Source: Rebecca billardiae RCC1528
Taxonomy: Eukaryota; Protista; Haptophyta
DNA: 64,000 nt
Reading direction: 5' to 3'
NCBI GenBank assembly: GCA_965240325.2
Contig: OZ251225.1
Location: 3,286,001 to 3,350,000 of the forward strand
The notes beneath the pieces are model-generated. The model searched no databases. It had not been told where the DNA came from and was given only the letters and a program-made list of their open reading frames with translations. This document shows, in pieces, positions 36,680 to 48,778 of the stretch. The translations under genes and the position numbers were made by a program. How positions within the stretch are numbered: the stretch's first letter is position 1; each line of letters starts with the position of its first letter.

Positions 36680-37457
36680 TAGCCACTCCGCCATGCCCGG
36701 CTCGTACAAGGCGTCGGGTACGAATGGACTCTGGAGCTGGATGGTCGCGGCGCGCGGCGTCGTGGAGTAGACAGACCACAATGATCAATCATGGAACGAT
36801 CAGGTTAGCTATGTTGGGATTTGAGCAACGAACGACAGCGGGCGCTGGCAGCGGCGTGGCGGTTGAGCTGCTGCCCGAGGTCGAGAGGGCGCCCGCGAGT
36901 CGTCAGTCACTGAGCAAGGTCGATTAAGGCTGATGGCTCGCTGACACTGCAGTGCTTCCATATCCGCCAGAGGCCGAGGGTGGGCGGGCGGGCAAACGAT
37001 GAAGCGTGCGGGTTGACGCGACAGCGGCGAGAGCAAGAGACCATTGCATGAGGGGCGACGCGGCGAAGACAGATGATGACGTCGCGCCGCCGAACGATCA
37101 GGCGGGGAGCCGGGCCACACAGACAGCCAGCGACCTTACCGAGCAGAGGGGCTGCGGCGACTGCGGTGCACCTCCTGCAGCGGAGCGTGCACCCGGCAGT
37201 GCCCGATGCAGGCGATTCCCTTGCCCAGCTCGGCGCCTTCGTCGTGAGCAGCCCCATGGCGCCCCCGAGAGTGAAGCCTGATCGATCCGATGTGAGCGGT
37301 AACCAACCGAGTCCTGCAGGTGCGCCGCTGTGGGCCAGATTGGCAGCGCACCAGGACTCCTGCGCGCGGCGGTGCGCACAGGACAACGCAGGAATGCCGT
37401 GCGAGCCGGATTCTTGGCGTCGCTCATAGACACTCAGTTATAGGTTCCCTATAACGC

Positions 37458-37461
<4 letters not shown>
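36676..37461 (+). mobile_element. Putative element embedded in (TA)n, with subterminal hairpin
   Basis: Bounded by (TA)n on both sides; TG...CA ends; hairpin GTTATAGG-TTC-CCTATAAC at 37437-37455; TGTCTA start with inverted TAGACA at ~37427. Confidence 0.5.

Positions 37462-37518
<57 letters not shown>
37461..37518. repeat. (TA)n microsatellite
   Basis: Directly visible. Confidence 0.98.
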
Positions 37519-37521
<3 letters not shown>

Positions 37522-39368
37522 CGGCTACGCCGGTCTTCGGGTAGTGAACAACGAGGTTGAGGGCGCACGGCCCTAGCAGCCGGCTTGTGACGACACGGTC
37601 GGACGGTCGGACGGTGCATGCGCCGTGCAGCCGAGTCACACTGGCGAGTCAGCCGACTGCCAAGTGCTCGGCTCAGTGTGAACGGCGACGCAGCTGAGGC
37701 AGAGCGGCGCGCAATAAGATCCGACAGCCGGGCGGCGGCGCCGGGGGTGCACGCGAGCTCGCACGCGCGTTGTGTGCGCAGCCGCGCTGCGCGCAGAGCA
37801 GCCACAGCGCCGCGCCCGACCACTTCGCGAGAAGGCAGAAGCCGCTCGGCGCCGCGCGCGGCGGCCGAGCAGCGGCGCCTCCGCGGCGCGCGCCGCGCCG
37901 CCGCCGCCCGCCTCAGCCAGGACCACGGCGCGCGAGCGGCTTGCGGCTTGCGGCGGCGGCGGGCAGCGGTGGCTCGGCGAGCGCGCACAGCGCTGGCCCT
38001 CGATCGAGCGAGTCCATAGCCGCGCGAGCGCGCCCGCACGGCCGAGCGCCGCGGGTCGCGCGCCGCGCGCCATCGCCCACACGGCCGCGGCCGCGTGCGC
38101 CGCCGTCCGCCACGAGGGCGCGGTGCAGTGGTGCGAGCCACAGCGCCGCGCCCGACCACTGCGCGAGAAGCCGCTGCGCCGCGCGCGGCGGCAGCAGCGG
38201 CGCCTCCGCAGCGCGCCACGCCGCCGCCGCCGGCGCGCCTCGCCGCGGCCGCGGCGCGCGAGCGGCCTGCGGCTTGCGGCGGCGGCGGGCAGCGGCGGCT
38301 CGGCGAGCGCGCACAGCGCTCCCTCGAGCGAGTCCATAGCCGCGCGAGCGCGCCCGCACGGCCGAGCGCCGCCGCGTACGTCGGGTCACGCGCCGCGCGC
38401 CATCGCCCACGGCGGCCCGGCGGACGCCGTCACTCACGCCGGGCGCCGCCGTCCGCCACGAGGGCGCGGTGCGGTGGCGCACGCGGCGGGCTTGGCGGGG
38501 TCGAGCGCGCAGTGCGCAATCACCTCGAGCAGCAGCTGCGCCACCTCGTACGCGTGCAGCGTCGGCGCGCCTCGCACGGGGGTCCGATTTTAAAAGTGAC
38601 GGTTCACGACTCGCAACTCGCGCTTATTATTATAGTTTCAGGCTGCTCACAATAATCACATCACGCGGGTGATCACTAATAACCTTTACAATTTACAGGT
38701 GATTAACAAGCTAGTTGGAGACCACGCTGATTGGCTTTCACTCGGATCTCGATATCAAGAAGCCAGGCTTCTTGATTCTGTTCACCGATGAATTGTCCTA
38801 TGACTACTCATGCTGAATATGGGCATGAGAATCTTGGGTTAAAACCACAAAATTTGGATTTCCCCTTTCAAGCTGTCCAGGACACACTCGTTTTCAGAGA
38901 GCTGTTAATCCTCGCAGATAGAGGTACGTCGAATGCCACCCACATTAGGCCAAGACTAAGGCCAGGGCGCGCGGGAACGTCGATTCAAGCTACCCGCGCA
39001 ATACCATATCGCGTCGCTTTGATGAATCTGAGGAGTGAACAGCTATCCAGAGAATTAGTTCGATATCTCACCTTTTTTAGGGTCAGTTCAACACACGAAT
39101 CTTGACTATCAGAATGGTATCAGAGATGACTTCGTCCCATTTGATTCCGATTTCTTCTATTACTTACTATCCAAGGATTAAGGAGCAGTACCGGCAATCA
39201 TGAGCAGCGATATGGACTGAAATGCTGCGGTTTCACACCTAAATCCACCTACAAAAATCCCCCAAATCCTGCGCGCATCCTCTTTTTTGATTTTGCGGAG
39301 CACGTGCGCCGCCCCCCCCCGGCTTTCGCTCACGGCCACGCTCAGACCTTTCGGGGGGCCGTGCGCCA
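37518..39368 (-). mobile_element. Family B non-autonomous element, copy B1
   Basis: Both ends and an internal AT-rich block (~38865-38945) are homologous to 45850-47716; asymmetric IR GGCGCACGGCCC; terminal hairpin; internal GC-rich imperfect tandem duplication ~37790-38410. Confidence 0.8.
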
Positions 39369-39466
39369 TTACGGCGAGGAGCACTGATCCTGGTGTTTGT
39401 CTCTGCTGCTCGATCTGCTGCTACAGCTTGCTGACTCTGACGCCTGCCCGTTGCATACCAACCACG

Positions 39467-39468
<2 letters not shown>

Positions 39469-39558
<90 letters not shown>

Positions 39559-39572
39559 GTGTGTGTGTGTGT
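39469..39572. repeat. (GT)n microsatellite
   Basis: Directly visible. Confidence 0.98.
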
Positions 39573-40353
39573 AGTGGTCGTAGTTATATACGCGACTTAT
39601 GACCCGCGCCGCTATATCGAACGCGCGGACCGCCCTGTGACCTGTCATGTTCGTCCGCTGATTGTCAGTATAACTATCGTCACGCTCACATCTCACTCCG
39701 ACGAGTCAGTACGCTCACTCCGAGGCGTGAATCAATGTGACGCAGCAGACCGGACGCATACTGCCTGACGTACACTCACGCGGTCCGACTAGGGCCACTG
39801 TCGAAGTAGTCAGCATACATCTAGGGATGATTAGGGCGTTGACCAGGAGTCCAGGACCACGTCCACTGACTGCGCGTCGACTGACCGCGTGGCGGACTCC
39901 GGACTCCGCCGGAGTGATCGTGGAGTGTCTCAGTCTGGAGTCCGCCCCTGGAGTCGGGCCTCTCAGTAGTCTCACCCTGGTCTCACTCTCAGTGGGAGTC
40001 AGTGGCATTACACTCGGATGGTGTAGTGTCAGTTACAGGGGCGTTGCGCCAGCTGGACAAAACACGGTTCCGAATAGTCTGTTCAGATCTTGCTGATCTC
40101 GCTTCTCAAAGAGAAACGTTCGGATCCGCGCTCTACCACCTCGTAACTACACTGTACTGTAACTATGCATGTAATTTTACTAAACTTAATTTACCCACCA
40201 CAGCTTCGTGTCTTTACGAAGCCTAGGTCCCTCGCGTTTCGCCCGTTTGTCCAGCTGGGCGTCAACGCTCTCAACTCTCAGTCTCAAGCCGTGAAGCCCT
40301 CAGTACGCTCCGCCGTCACGTCACTCGGTCACGTGTATATGAATTATGATGTA

Positions 40354-41934
40354 TGACCGCGTTCCGCGGTCCTTTTCCGTAGAACGAACGTAGTTCAGGG
40401 CCCGCGGTGGCGGTGCACCCTCCGTCGCAGTCGTCCATTGACAGACCCGGAGTTGCATGCCCGTACAACTAGACTCTCCACCAGCGGGCAGCGGCGCGCC
40501 GCCGCCCGCCGCGCCGCGGGCGGGCCCATCGCACTTCGCAGCCGCCGGCGCGGCGCCGATTGTGTACAGGCGGATGCGACGAGGCGTGATCGACGCATGA
40601 GCGCGACTCCACGTGCACGCCAGGCCACGCGAAGCTGACCGCCAGGGAGCACGGTGCGGGGCCGCGGATTCGTTCGGGCCGCCGTGCTGCTGACTGTGAC
40701 CGCTGTCCCGGGTCACCGCGCACCGGCAGCGCCAGGATAGTTGGATGATTTGCACTGGTCCGAGTAGGGTTCGACCAGCGCCTGCGCGACGGCCGACAGG
40801 CGGGCGCGAGGCGTGATCGACGCATGAGCGCAACTCTACGTGCACGCCAGGCCACGCGGAGCTGACAGCCCGAGGGACGGCACGCAGTGCCGAGGTTCGA
40901 GGGCACCGCAGTCACAGATCGTTCGCGCACGCCGCGCGTGCACGGGCGGACACACCTCGATCAGGCTCGGCACGCGTTGCAGAGGCACAGCCAGCTCTGG
41001 GGACGGCACGCACCACCGTCGCCCGCGCAGCTCGTCCTCCTCACAGTAGAGTACCGTTCAGTTCCGAGGCGTAGCCCTCGCTCAGACTCGGTCGACCGTC
41101 GACGATGGACTCGGATCGTCGGCGCTCCCCGGAAAGGCATGGCAAGGGCGGCGCGTGGTGAAGTCGAAGACTCAGAGATCGATCAGTCCGGCATCAGGCG
41201 CCGCTGCCCCCGAGCTTGCGAGAGCCCGAATACAGGGCGGCTGCCGCGGCGCGGCGGCGGGGCGCCCCGGGCGACGCGCGCGGCCGCGCGCAGGCATCGA
41301 CACGGGGCGGCGGGGGCGCGCGGAGTGAGCGGGGGCACGAACGCGATGTCGACGGCAGTCGGGACCCGCCACAGCCGCGCGCTCCAGGCGCCACTCGCCA
41401 CGCGCACCTGCCCATCGCCGTCCTCACCCGTCGGTCGCTCGTGGCTGGCGCCTCCTTGAGCTCCTGTCGCCGCAGCCGCGGCGTACAAACGCGGGCCGCA
41501 CACGCCGCGCGCCGCGCCCCCTCCGGCTCCGACTATACGGATAGCTGCGGCGGGTATTTTCAATCTCTCGCACTATTGGAGTCACTGGTTGGACGATTAT
41601 GTCAACGGTCGTTCTTGGCATCTTGCAGCGGCGAGGCCATATTATTTTACTATGGTCACACTACATTAAGGAGAGTCTACCCACAATTACCCTGCCTCGC
41701 ACACTTGGGCGCGGGTTTCGTTGATTCCTCTGTTCACTATTCAAGACGGCGGACGCGCCCTTTTTCGACGAGGATGCACCTGTAAGGGAGTCTCAAAATT
41801 CGAAACTCGGTCTCCTCCAGCCCTGAAAATCGTCCCCCGTCCCTTTTTTCTTTGATCAAAGATCTTTTTGAAACGTGGTTCGGGCCCGCTGGTGCGGGCT
41901 CCACGCTGCGCGCTCCGCCCTGCACCGCGGGCCA
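40354..41934 (-). mobile_element. Family A element, copy A2
   Basis: Inverted homolog of A1 over ~1.1 kb at the hairpin end and ~150 bp at the 5' end; shares ~300 bp of 5' sequence with A3. Confidence 0.82.
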
Positions 41935-42104
41935 TAACGACCGGCCGGTCACGGTATGATTAACTAGCAGTAAGCGTATGTTACTACTAAGCAGTATAGA
42001 CTATCGTCATCATGGACATGCATCCGTTCGATCCGAGCGGACTGGCCGCCGTCGCCGTCGGGCCGCCGCGCGCGCGGAACTTCAACTTTTTTTGGCGGGC
42101 CAAG

Positions 42105-43094
42105 TCACTGTTCAATATCGGCCGACATGAAGTATGCGCTGAGCAGCATGCCTGTGGCCCACACCTCGAACGAATTTGGCGCAAGACTCCTTGCGATGAA
42201 ATCCAGCCAACTCCTCGATCGTGCTCGTAGCCGGATCTCGTTGGCGAGCCACTCAGAGGTGGGCTCGATGCCGTCGCCCGTGAACGCCGAGCAGGGCTGA
42301 ACGTGCATGCGGTGTGATGCCGCGCGTGGCGACAGGGGCTGGACCACGCGCCAGAACAGGTCCTGCAGGATGCACGGCGGCAGCTCCGGCACGGCGCAGC
42401 TGCCGCGCGCGCGGGGATGCTGCGAGTGCAGGAACGTGCGGAAGGCGCGCATGTCCATGCAGCGGTCGAGGCGGAGTGCACAGCTCAGCTCGAGCGCAGC
42501 GCGGCTCGGATGAGAACTGACCGCATCCATCTTATTGCACACGATCAGGAACGGGACATCTTCGAGCTCTTGAACCTCAAGCAGACGTTCGAGCTCAGCA
42601 ATCGACTCCGTCCAGCGAGAACGATCGGCGCAGTCGATGACAAAGAGGACAGCGTCTGCTGCGCTGTAGTACTCTCGCCATAGCCGTCTCGGCCCGCCGT
42701 CCCAGCCACTGCGTCCAGACAGATCGTACGTGCGGCAGGCGATCGGGCGCCCACGGCCGCGAACGCTGAACTCCTTCGCTGCCGGCACGAACGGCACCGT
42801 GGGCTGAACGTCACCGGCGTCCAGCTTCCCCATCTTGCCATTCAGCCTTCGGATGAGCGTTGACTTGCCCGATCCGTCGATGCCGAGCACGAGCACCTTT
42901 GCATTGGAAGCGTCGCCGTTTCGCCATCGGAGCCAGGTGCGCCCGAGGATCGCCGCGAGCACACTCACTGCGACATGACGCGCGCGTAGTAGCGTCACGC
43001 TCACAGCGATGCTGGTCCCGGCGAGTCGCATCGCTGCTCGAGACAAGTGCTTTGCGCACGCGGCCCCGACCGCTTTTGCAGCCTCAGTCGCCAT
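42105..43094 (-). CDS. Divergent Sar1/Arf-family small GTPase
   Basis: G1 GIDGSGKST, G2 QPT, G3 YDLSGR, RRLWREYY, G4 NKMD, G5 CSAFTGDG. Confidence 0.82.
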   Translation of the reverse strand: MATEAAKAVGAACAKHLSRAAMRLAGTSIAVSVTLLRARHVAVSVLAAILGRTWLRWRNGDASNAKVLVLGIDGSGKSTLIRRLNGKMGKLDAGDVQPTVPFVPAAKEFSVRGRGRPIACRTYDLSGRSGWDGGPRRLWREYYSAADAVLFVIDCADRSRWTESIAELERLLEVQELEDVPFLIVCNKMDAVSSHPSRAALELSCALRLDRCMDMRAFRTFLHSQHPRARGSCAVPELPPCILQDLFWRVVQPLSPRAASHRMHVQPCSAFTGDGIEPTSEWLANEIRLRARSRSWLDFIARSLAPNSFEVWATGMLLSAYFMSADIEQ

Positions 43095-43479
43095 CGTTTC
43101 GGGCCTCCGCGACCCGCGCCAAAAAACCGGTGAGAGGATTATTGGGAAATCTCAAAAACAATAAAATCTTGCGCGCATTCAAACGGTGTCAGCACGACGG
43201 CCGTTGGCTGGCCTCGGTCGCCTCGGCGGGACCTGCCATCGCCTGTCTCGTGCCGGAAGCAAGCAGGGCGCGGCGCGCGACTGCTCCGCGATGCTGCAGC
43301 GCGGGACTACGCGCTTCCCCGCGGTGACGTCCATCCTATGGTACGCCCAGCAGCACCGCGAGTAGCGCCGCGGCGCCGCTCGAACCGGCCCCAGAGTGAT
43401 CCACGCGTCTGTCGCACCCTGCGCTCTGCACTCGCGACTCGCCGCGCGCAGGGACCGTGCCGCGCAGGGTGCGCCGACG

Positions 43480-45653
43480 ATGGTGGCGCCAGTGCAGCTC
43501 GTCGTGGAGGTAGATCACGAGCTGATCCGAGAGTTGCGCTCCGTGCACATCGACAACACTGCCGATGCGGATCGTGTGGGCTGGCTCGTGTGCGCAAGCC
43601 ACTCTATTGGTCTTGTCGCTCACCAGCCAGCGGTCCTGCGCGCCATGGCGTTCGTGCCTGACACGGGCGTGGAGGAGGGCGCGCCTGGATGGCTCGCGCA
43701 AGCTGCTGCGACGCTCGAAAGCGTGCCCGCGCACGAGCGCGTCGTCGTCGCCGTGCACACAGCTGCGCGAGGTGAGGCTGGGCGCTCCGCGCGCCTGGCT
43801 GAGCTGCGCTCGCGGTGCGAGCACAACGCGGCGATGCGCTCCGCCGTGGAGCTGGCTGATTTTGCCCCGCTGGTCGCGGTGCTGGACGGCCCGAACGACC
43901 ATGGGCCGACCGCTCTCGCGTTCGAGGGCGTGATTCCCGCCACGACTCTGCGCGCGCAGCCTGTGCGCCCGCTGCGAGTCGCGAGCAATCCGCTTGCGCA
44001 CGCCCTTCTGGACGAGCGCACGCCGCCGGCGCTGGCCAAGTGCGGGTACATCACGATGGACCAGGGGCGCAAGGCGGTGCTCCTCACGCACGCCGACCCT
44101 GCGGCGTACGAGGTGCCGCTCATCGGCGTTTGGGTCGCGCTCGTCGGCGGCCCGCACGAGCCGCTGGCCTGGGCCGGCTGCGCCCGGTACTTGCTCGCGC
44201 GAGACGTGCTGCAGCGCGCCACGCCCGACCCACACGACAGGCCCTTCATCCTGCTGTGCGTGCCCGAGGATCCGTCGGCGAGGCCGGAGTGGTACGAGTG
44301 CGTCGCCACCGACGGCGCCGATGGCGAGACGATCGAGCTGCTCGCGCAGGGCGCGCTCAGCCTGGCCTCAGAAGACGGCGCGTGGCGGCTCTCTTCGTCC
44401 CGCTACCACGGCCACGCGCGGCGCGCCCAGCCCGCGGCGCCTGTCGCACCATCGCCGGCGGTGACGAGCAGAATCGCGCCCGTCACGCCGCTTTCCACCG
44501 TTGTTCACTCGAGCCTCCGCGACCTCTCCGTGGGCAGGCGCCCACAGCGCCCCGGGGGCGAGGACGCGCCCAGCACCGCCCGATCCGACTACCTCACGCG
44601 CCCCCGCGAGACGGCGGCGGCAGCCGCCGCCGACTTGCGCGGCGCAAAGCCGACCGACCCACCCGCGCACACGCGCACGCCCGCGCGGATGGTCCTCGGC
44701 TTTGATGGCGTGCCTGCAACCGCCACGTCGCAGGCAGGCGGCCCGAACGCGGACTCGAGCTCGCCGCCCATCGGTGCGATGCCGCCATCGCCGCCGGACC
44801 AGGGCGCACAAGACGCGGCAGCGTGTGGCGGCTCCGCGGATGCGCATGCCGCTGACGGCCCCGCGGTGCGTGCGGAATACTCGGGCAACGGCGCGACGAC
44901 GTCGACGGCCCCAAGTGATGTGCGCCAGCTGCAGCAGCAGGTCGCGGCGATGGCAGAGGCCATGCGCACCGTGCAGCAGCAGCTCGTGCAGCTCCAGCTG
45001 CAGATCGCGCAATCGACATCGGCGGCGGCACGGCGCTCGCCGCCGCCGCGCGCACGGGGCGCCGTCCCCCCGCGCTCGCCCGCGCCCTCCTCGAGCGAGC
45101 CTGACCGTCGGAGCAGCCTCGGCAGTGAGGCTGGCCGCTCCGACACAGGCGATTTCCGGCTCTCGAGCGCCCAGCTCGAGCGTGGCGCACGGACGCCCAC
45201 TCGCCCCGCCGGCTCCCCAGCTCCGGTGCTTGGCGGCCGGGGCGGGTCGCGGCCGGGCTCTCCGACCACCGGCTCCGGCCACGACGGCGCAAGCGGTGTC
45301 CACCAGCCCGCGCCGCCACCGATGTCGTCGCGCAAGACTCTGGAGCATGAGCACGACGACGAGCTACTGCGCATCCGTTACGTCCCTCTCAGCGAGCTCG
45401 ACGGCGACGAGGATGACGAATTCGATGGCGACACGGTGCGCAGCAGCTCACTCTCTCCGCGCGCGGCCCAAACGCACATCGCTCACAGCTGCCCTTGCCC
45501 CCTGCCTGCGCCCGCGATCCCTTGCAGGACGATGATGACGGGTACGACGTGTGGCGCTACTCGAAGGGCTCGCCGTCGCGTCGTGATGGCCTGGGCGCTA
45601 GCAGCGGCGCATCGTCGTACAGCAGGCCGAAGTTGATGGTCCCGGTGACGTGA
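43480..45653 (+). CDS. STIL: STIL/SAS-5-like centriole assembly protein; intron 45436-45527
   Basis: GYITMDQGRKAVLL...DP...VPLIGVWV...WAGCARY matches STIL N-terminal domain; central coiled coil (VRQLQQQV...LQLQI). Confidence 0.72.
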
Positions 45654-45849
45654 TCGATACAATATCATGCTCATAAGATTGCGCTTGCGCTGCTGATTTT
45701 TAATTTGATTGATGCTGACTGACGTACTGATCACTCATGCCAATCGTCTGACTCTCACGAGTCTCAGACTGTCTGTCATGACTGATACTGACTACAGTAC
45801 AATGATGATATAGCTAGTAACTAATAACTATATTAGTATATATAAATAA

Positions 45850-47716
45850 TGGCGCACGGCCCCCCCGAAAGGTCTGAGCGTGAGCGAAAGCCGGGGGGGG
45901 CGGCGCACGTGCTCCGCAAAATCAAAAAGAGGATGCGCGCAGGATTTTGGGGATTTTTCGGTAGGTGGCCACCGCGTATGAGTGGATATCGCTGCCGCAA
46001 TGATTGCGTTTGTACTGCCCCTTAATTTTAACGATAGTAACACTTAGGGGAATGCAGGGTGGAATAGCACATAACACCAGCCGTGTGTTAGAACATTCCG
46101 TCATAGTAAGATGCCTGAATTGTAAGAGCCTGAAACAGCTCGCCAACCATAGAAACGATAGGTTGGGTCGTCAGCTTTGATTCACGCGCTTCTGAAAAAC
46201 AGCGGTTTAGATTAGACGCATCCCTCTTCTCTTAAGAGAACTGGTGGGCCGTTCGTGATGGTGGGCCGTTCGTGATTCTCCTGCTGATATACACTTCTGG
46301 TTTGCTGTTTCCAATTCAAAGAGTAAAGTATCGTCTCCTATTATCCTTCTCCTCTGAAGAGAACCACACTTCAAAAACAACGTTTCAGTATCAACGTATT
46401 ACAATGCGGGTGGGATTCGACATCTCTATCTGCGAGGATTAACAGCTCTCTGAAAACGAGTGTGTCCTGGACAACTTGAAAGGGCAGCGATCGGCTTTGA
46501 TTCTGCCTCTTGTAGTAAAGTTTTATGGTACGAGTTAACGAACCGTCACTTCTGGTATCTCTGGTCGCGAACAGTCACGATCCAACCGCCGCCCGCACGT
46601 CGGCGCGAGTCCGTTGCGATGCGGCGGCCTTTGTAGCGGCCAGGCGGAGGCGTCGGGGGCGGCGGCTGAAGGGAGCGAGGGCGGTGGTGGCGGCACGGAC
46701 GAGGGAGGCGCGCCGAACGGCATGTCCGTCCTCACCCTCGCCAGCGGCGGCCGCCCGCGCGTCACCGCCGCCGGCTCTCAGCCGACGCCGCCGCCCGCGA
46801 GTGCCGCCTGAACGGCGCGCGGCGAGCGCGTCACGGCAGGCGGCGGGGGCGGCGACTGCAGGGAGCGAGGGCGATGGTGGCGGCGCAGTCGAGGGAGGTG
46901 CGCCATCCGGACAGCGCGGCGGCGCGGCGCGCGGCCGAGCGCGGGAGCCTGGGCGGCGGCGGGCGCGCGGCGGGGCATGTGGCGCATGTGCTGCCCGAGA
47001 GGCTGGCGCACTCGCCCAGCGCCGCCGCGCACACCGCCGCCGACCTCGCGCGCACGACCTCCGTCAACTCCTCCGTCAGCGGCGGAGAGCGCGTCGCCTC
47101 GCCGCCCACGCTGCCGCCCAGCCGGTTCGTCATCCGAGCGCTCGCCGGGCGCCCGCGGCGTCACGGCGGCGTGCGCCGGGCCGCGGTCGCCGCCTACTAA
47201 GTGGTGGGACCGCCGCTGGGGGGCGGGGCGGGCGGAGGAGATGGCGGTGGCGAAGGAGGACGCGGTGGTGGACGTGGACGTCACGCAGTCCGAGCTGCAC
47301 TGGCTCATCCACCTCCTCTCTGCACTCGACCCGCCGCCGTCACCGACGGCGCAGCAGCTGGCGGCGGCGCGACGGATGGTTGGTGGCGGGCGCGGCCGCG
47401 GCCGAGGCGGGCGCGCGCCGCGCGCGCCGCTGCGGCGGCGTGGAGCGGCGGGAGCTGAGCGGCGCGCTGCTGCACACGCAGTCACGCTGCGCACGTGCTG
47501 CAGACGCTGTACGAGCGCGCCACCGCCGACGCCGTCGCGCCGCCGCTGCCCCCGCCGCACCGGCACCGTCCGACCGTCCGCGTCCGACCGTGTCGTCACA
47601 AGCCGCGGCTGCTGCTCACATTCACAAGCTCACTAGCTGCGTGATGGTGACTAGCCACTAGGGCCGTGCGCCCTCAACTTCGTTGTTCACTACCCGAAGA
47701 TCGGCGTAGCCGATCA
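45850..47716 (+). mobile_element. Family B element, copy B2
   Basis: 5' TGGCGCACGGCCC; subterminal GGGCCGTGCGCC at 47661-47672; hairpin GATCGGC-GTA-GCCGATC; followed by (TA)n. Confidence 0.82.
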
Positions 47717-48013
47717 TATATATATATATGAGATAAAGATTGAAGTAACTTAGTCAACTCAGTCTCAGAAGTATGATGATGATTCATTGATTATTTATAA
47801 TGATGATCGCGCATCATCTGTCATCAAACTGTTGTCACATGGAGTGTCCTCTGACGATGACTTCAGATGGCGCGGAGGCTTATTTAATTATTTAATTCGG
47901 AATATGGCTGATATGAGTTATTATTGATTATGTGCGGCGGACCTACTAGTTATTTCTGCTAGTATAATAATAGATCGAGTAGTCCGAGTTATCATCAGAT
48001 CCGTATCCGCGTA

Positions 48014-48529
48014 CAGGCAATCGCGGGCAATAAGGAGCTGTCACGTTAAGAAACTGGGGCTTGCTATCTGCGGATCTGGCCTAGAAACTGAGACTAGCGA
48101 TTGGCTGGTTCGCTATATACGCATAGGCACACTAAGAAACCGGGACTACGTCGTCCCGGCTGACGACTACGTGAGTCGGGTCCGCCGAGGGCAAGGCGCA
48201 GTCGGCCAGTCGGGGACGCGGCGCGCGGCCCGACTACGAGTACAGGCCAAGTCCCGACTTCTCCTGATGACTGACTCCTGGCCAGTGCACCGCAGCATCC
48301 ATGCAACATCATGCCAGATTTGCTCCAAAAAGGCCCAAAAATTTCTTCGGCCTCGCCGGCCGGGCCTAAAGAGTCAGCGGGTGGCTCTGCCCCCCTGCGC
48401 CCCCCGCGCCTGCGCGGCGGGCGGACCTAGCTAAGAAACTGAGACTCCGTAGGCGCTCGGGCTACCGAACGGCTAAGAAACCGAGGCTAGCCGCGAGATC
48501 TCTGACTTCTTATTGCCCGCGATTGCCTG
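48014..48529. mobile_element. Tc1/mariner-type MITE (516 bp)
   Basis: Perfect 21-bp TIR CAGGCAATCGCGGGCAATAAG, TA on both sides, five internal AGAAACYGRGRCT repeats. Confidence 0.88.
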
Positions 48530-48778
48530 TATGTCAGATCCGTATGACTATTAAAGAATTCTGCCGTGCTAGGGAACCCGCCGAGCTAGGACCCGGCTTA
48601 CTAACTACTAGTAATACTACGACTCAACTGTTAATAAATATGCCTGCTGATGGCATATTCAAACTACTTTAAAAGACTTATAGTTACGACTTAATTAATA
48701 ATCGTTGAAGTAGAAATAATCAAAATGGAAGGGCCCAACCGTCCAAGGCCGGTTTGCCGCCGCCCGTCTTGCAAGCTG

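Noticed and set aside
36506-39768. ORFs with IYIY/CVCV/HTHT runs
   Set aside because: Translations of (TA)n and (GT)n microsatellites
45865-45895. Hammerhead-like CTGAG...GAAA
   Set aside because: Lacks the CUGANGA core and a properly placed cleavage triplet
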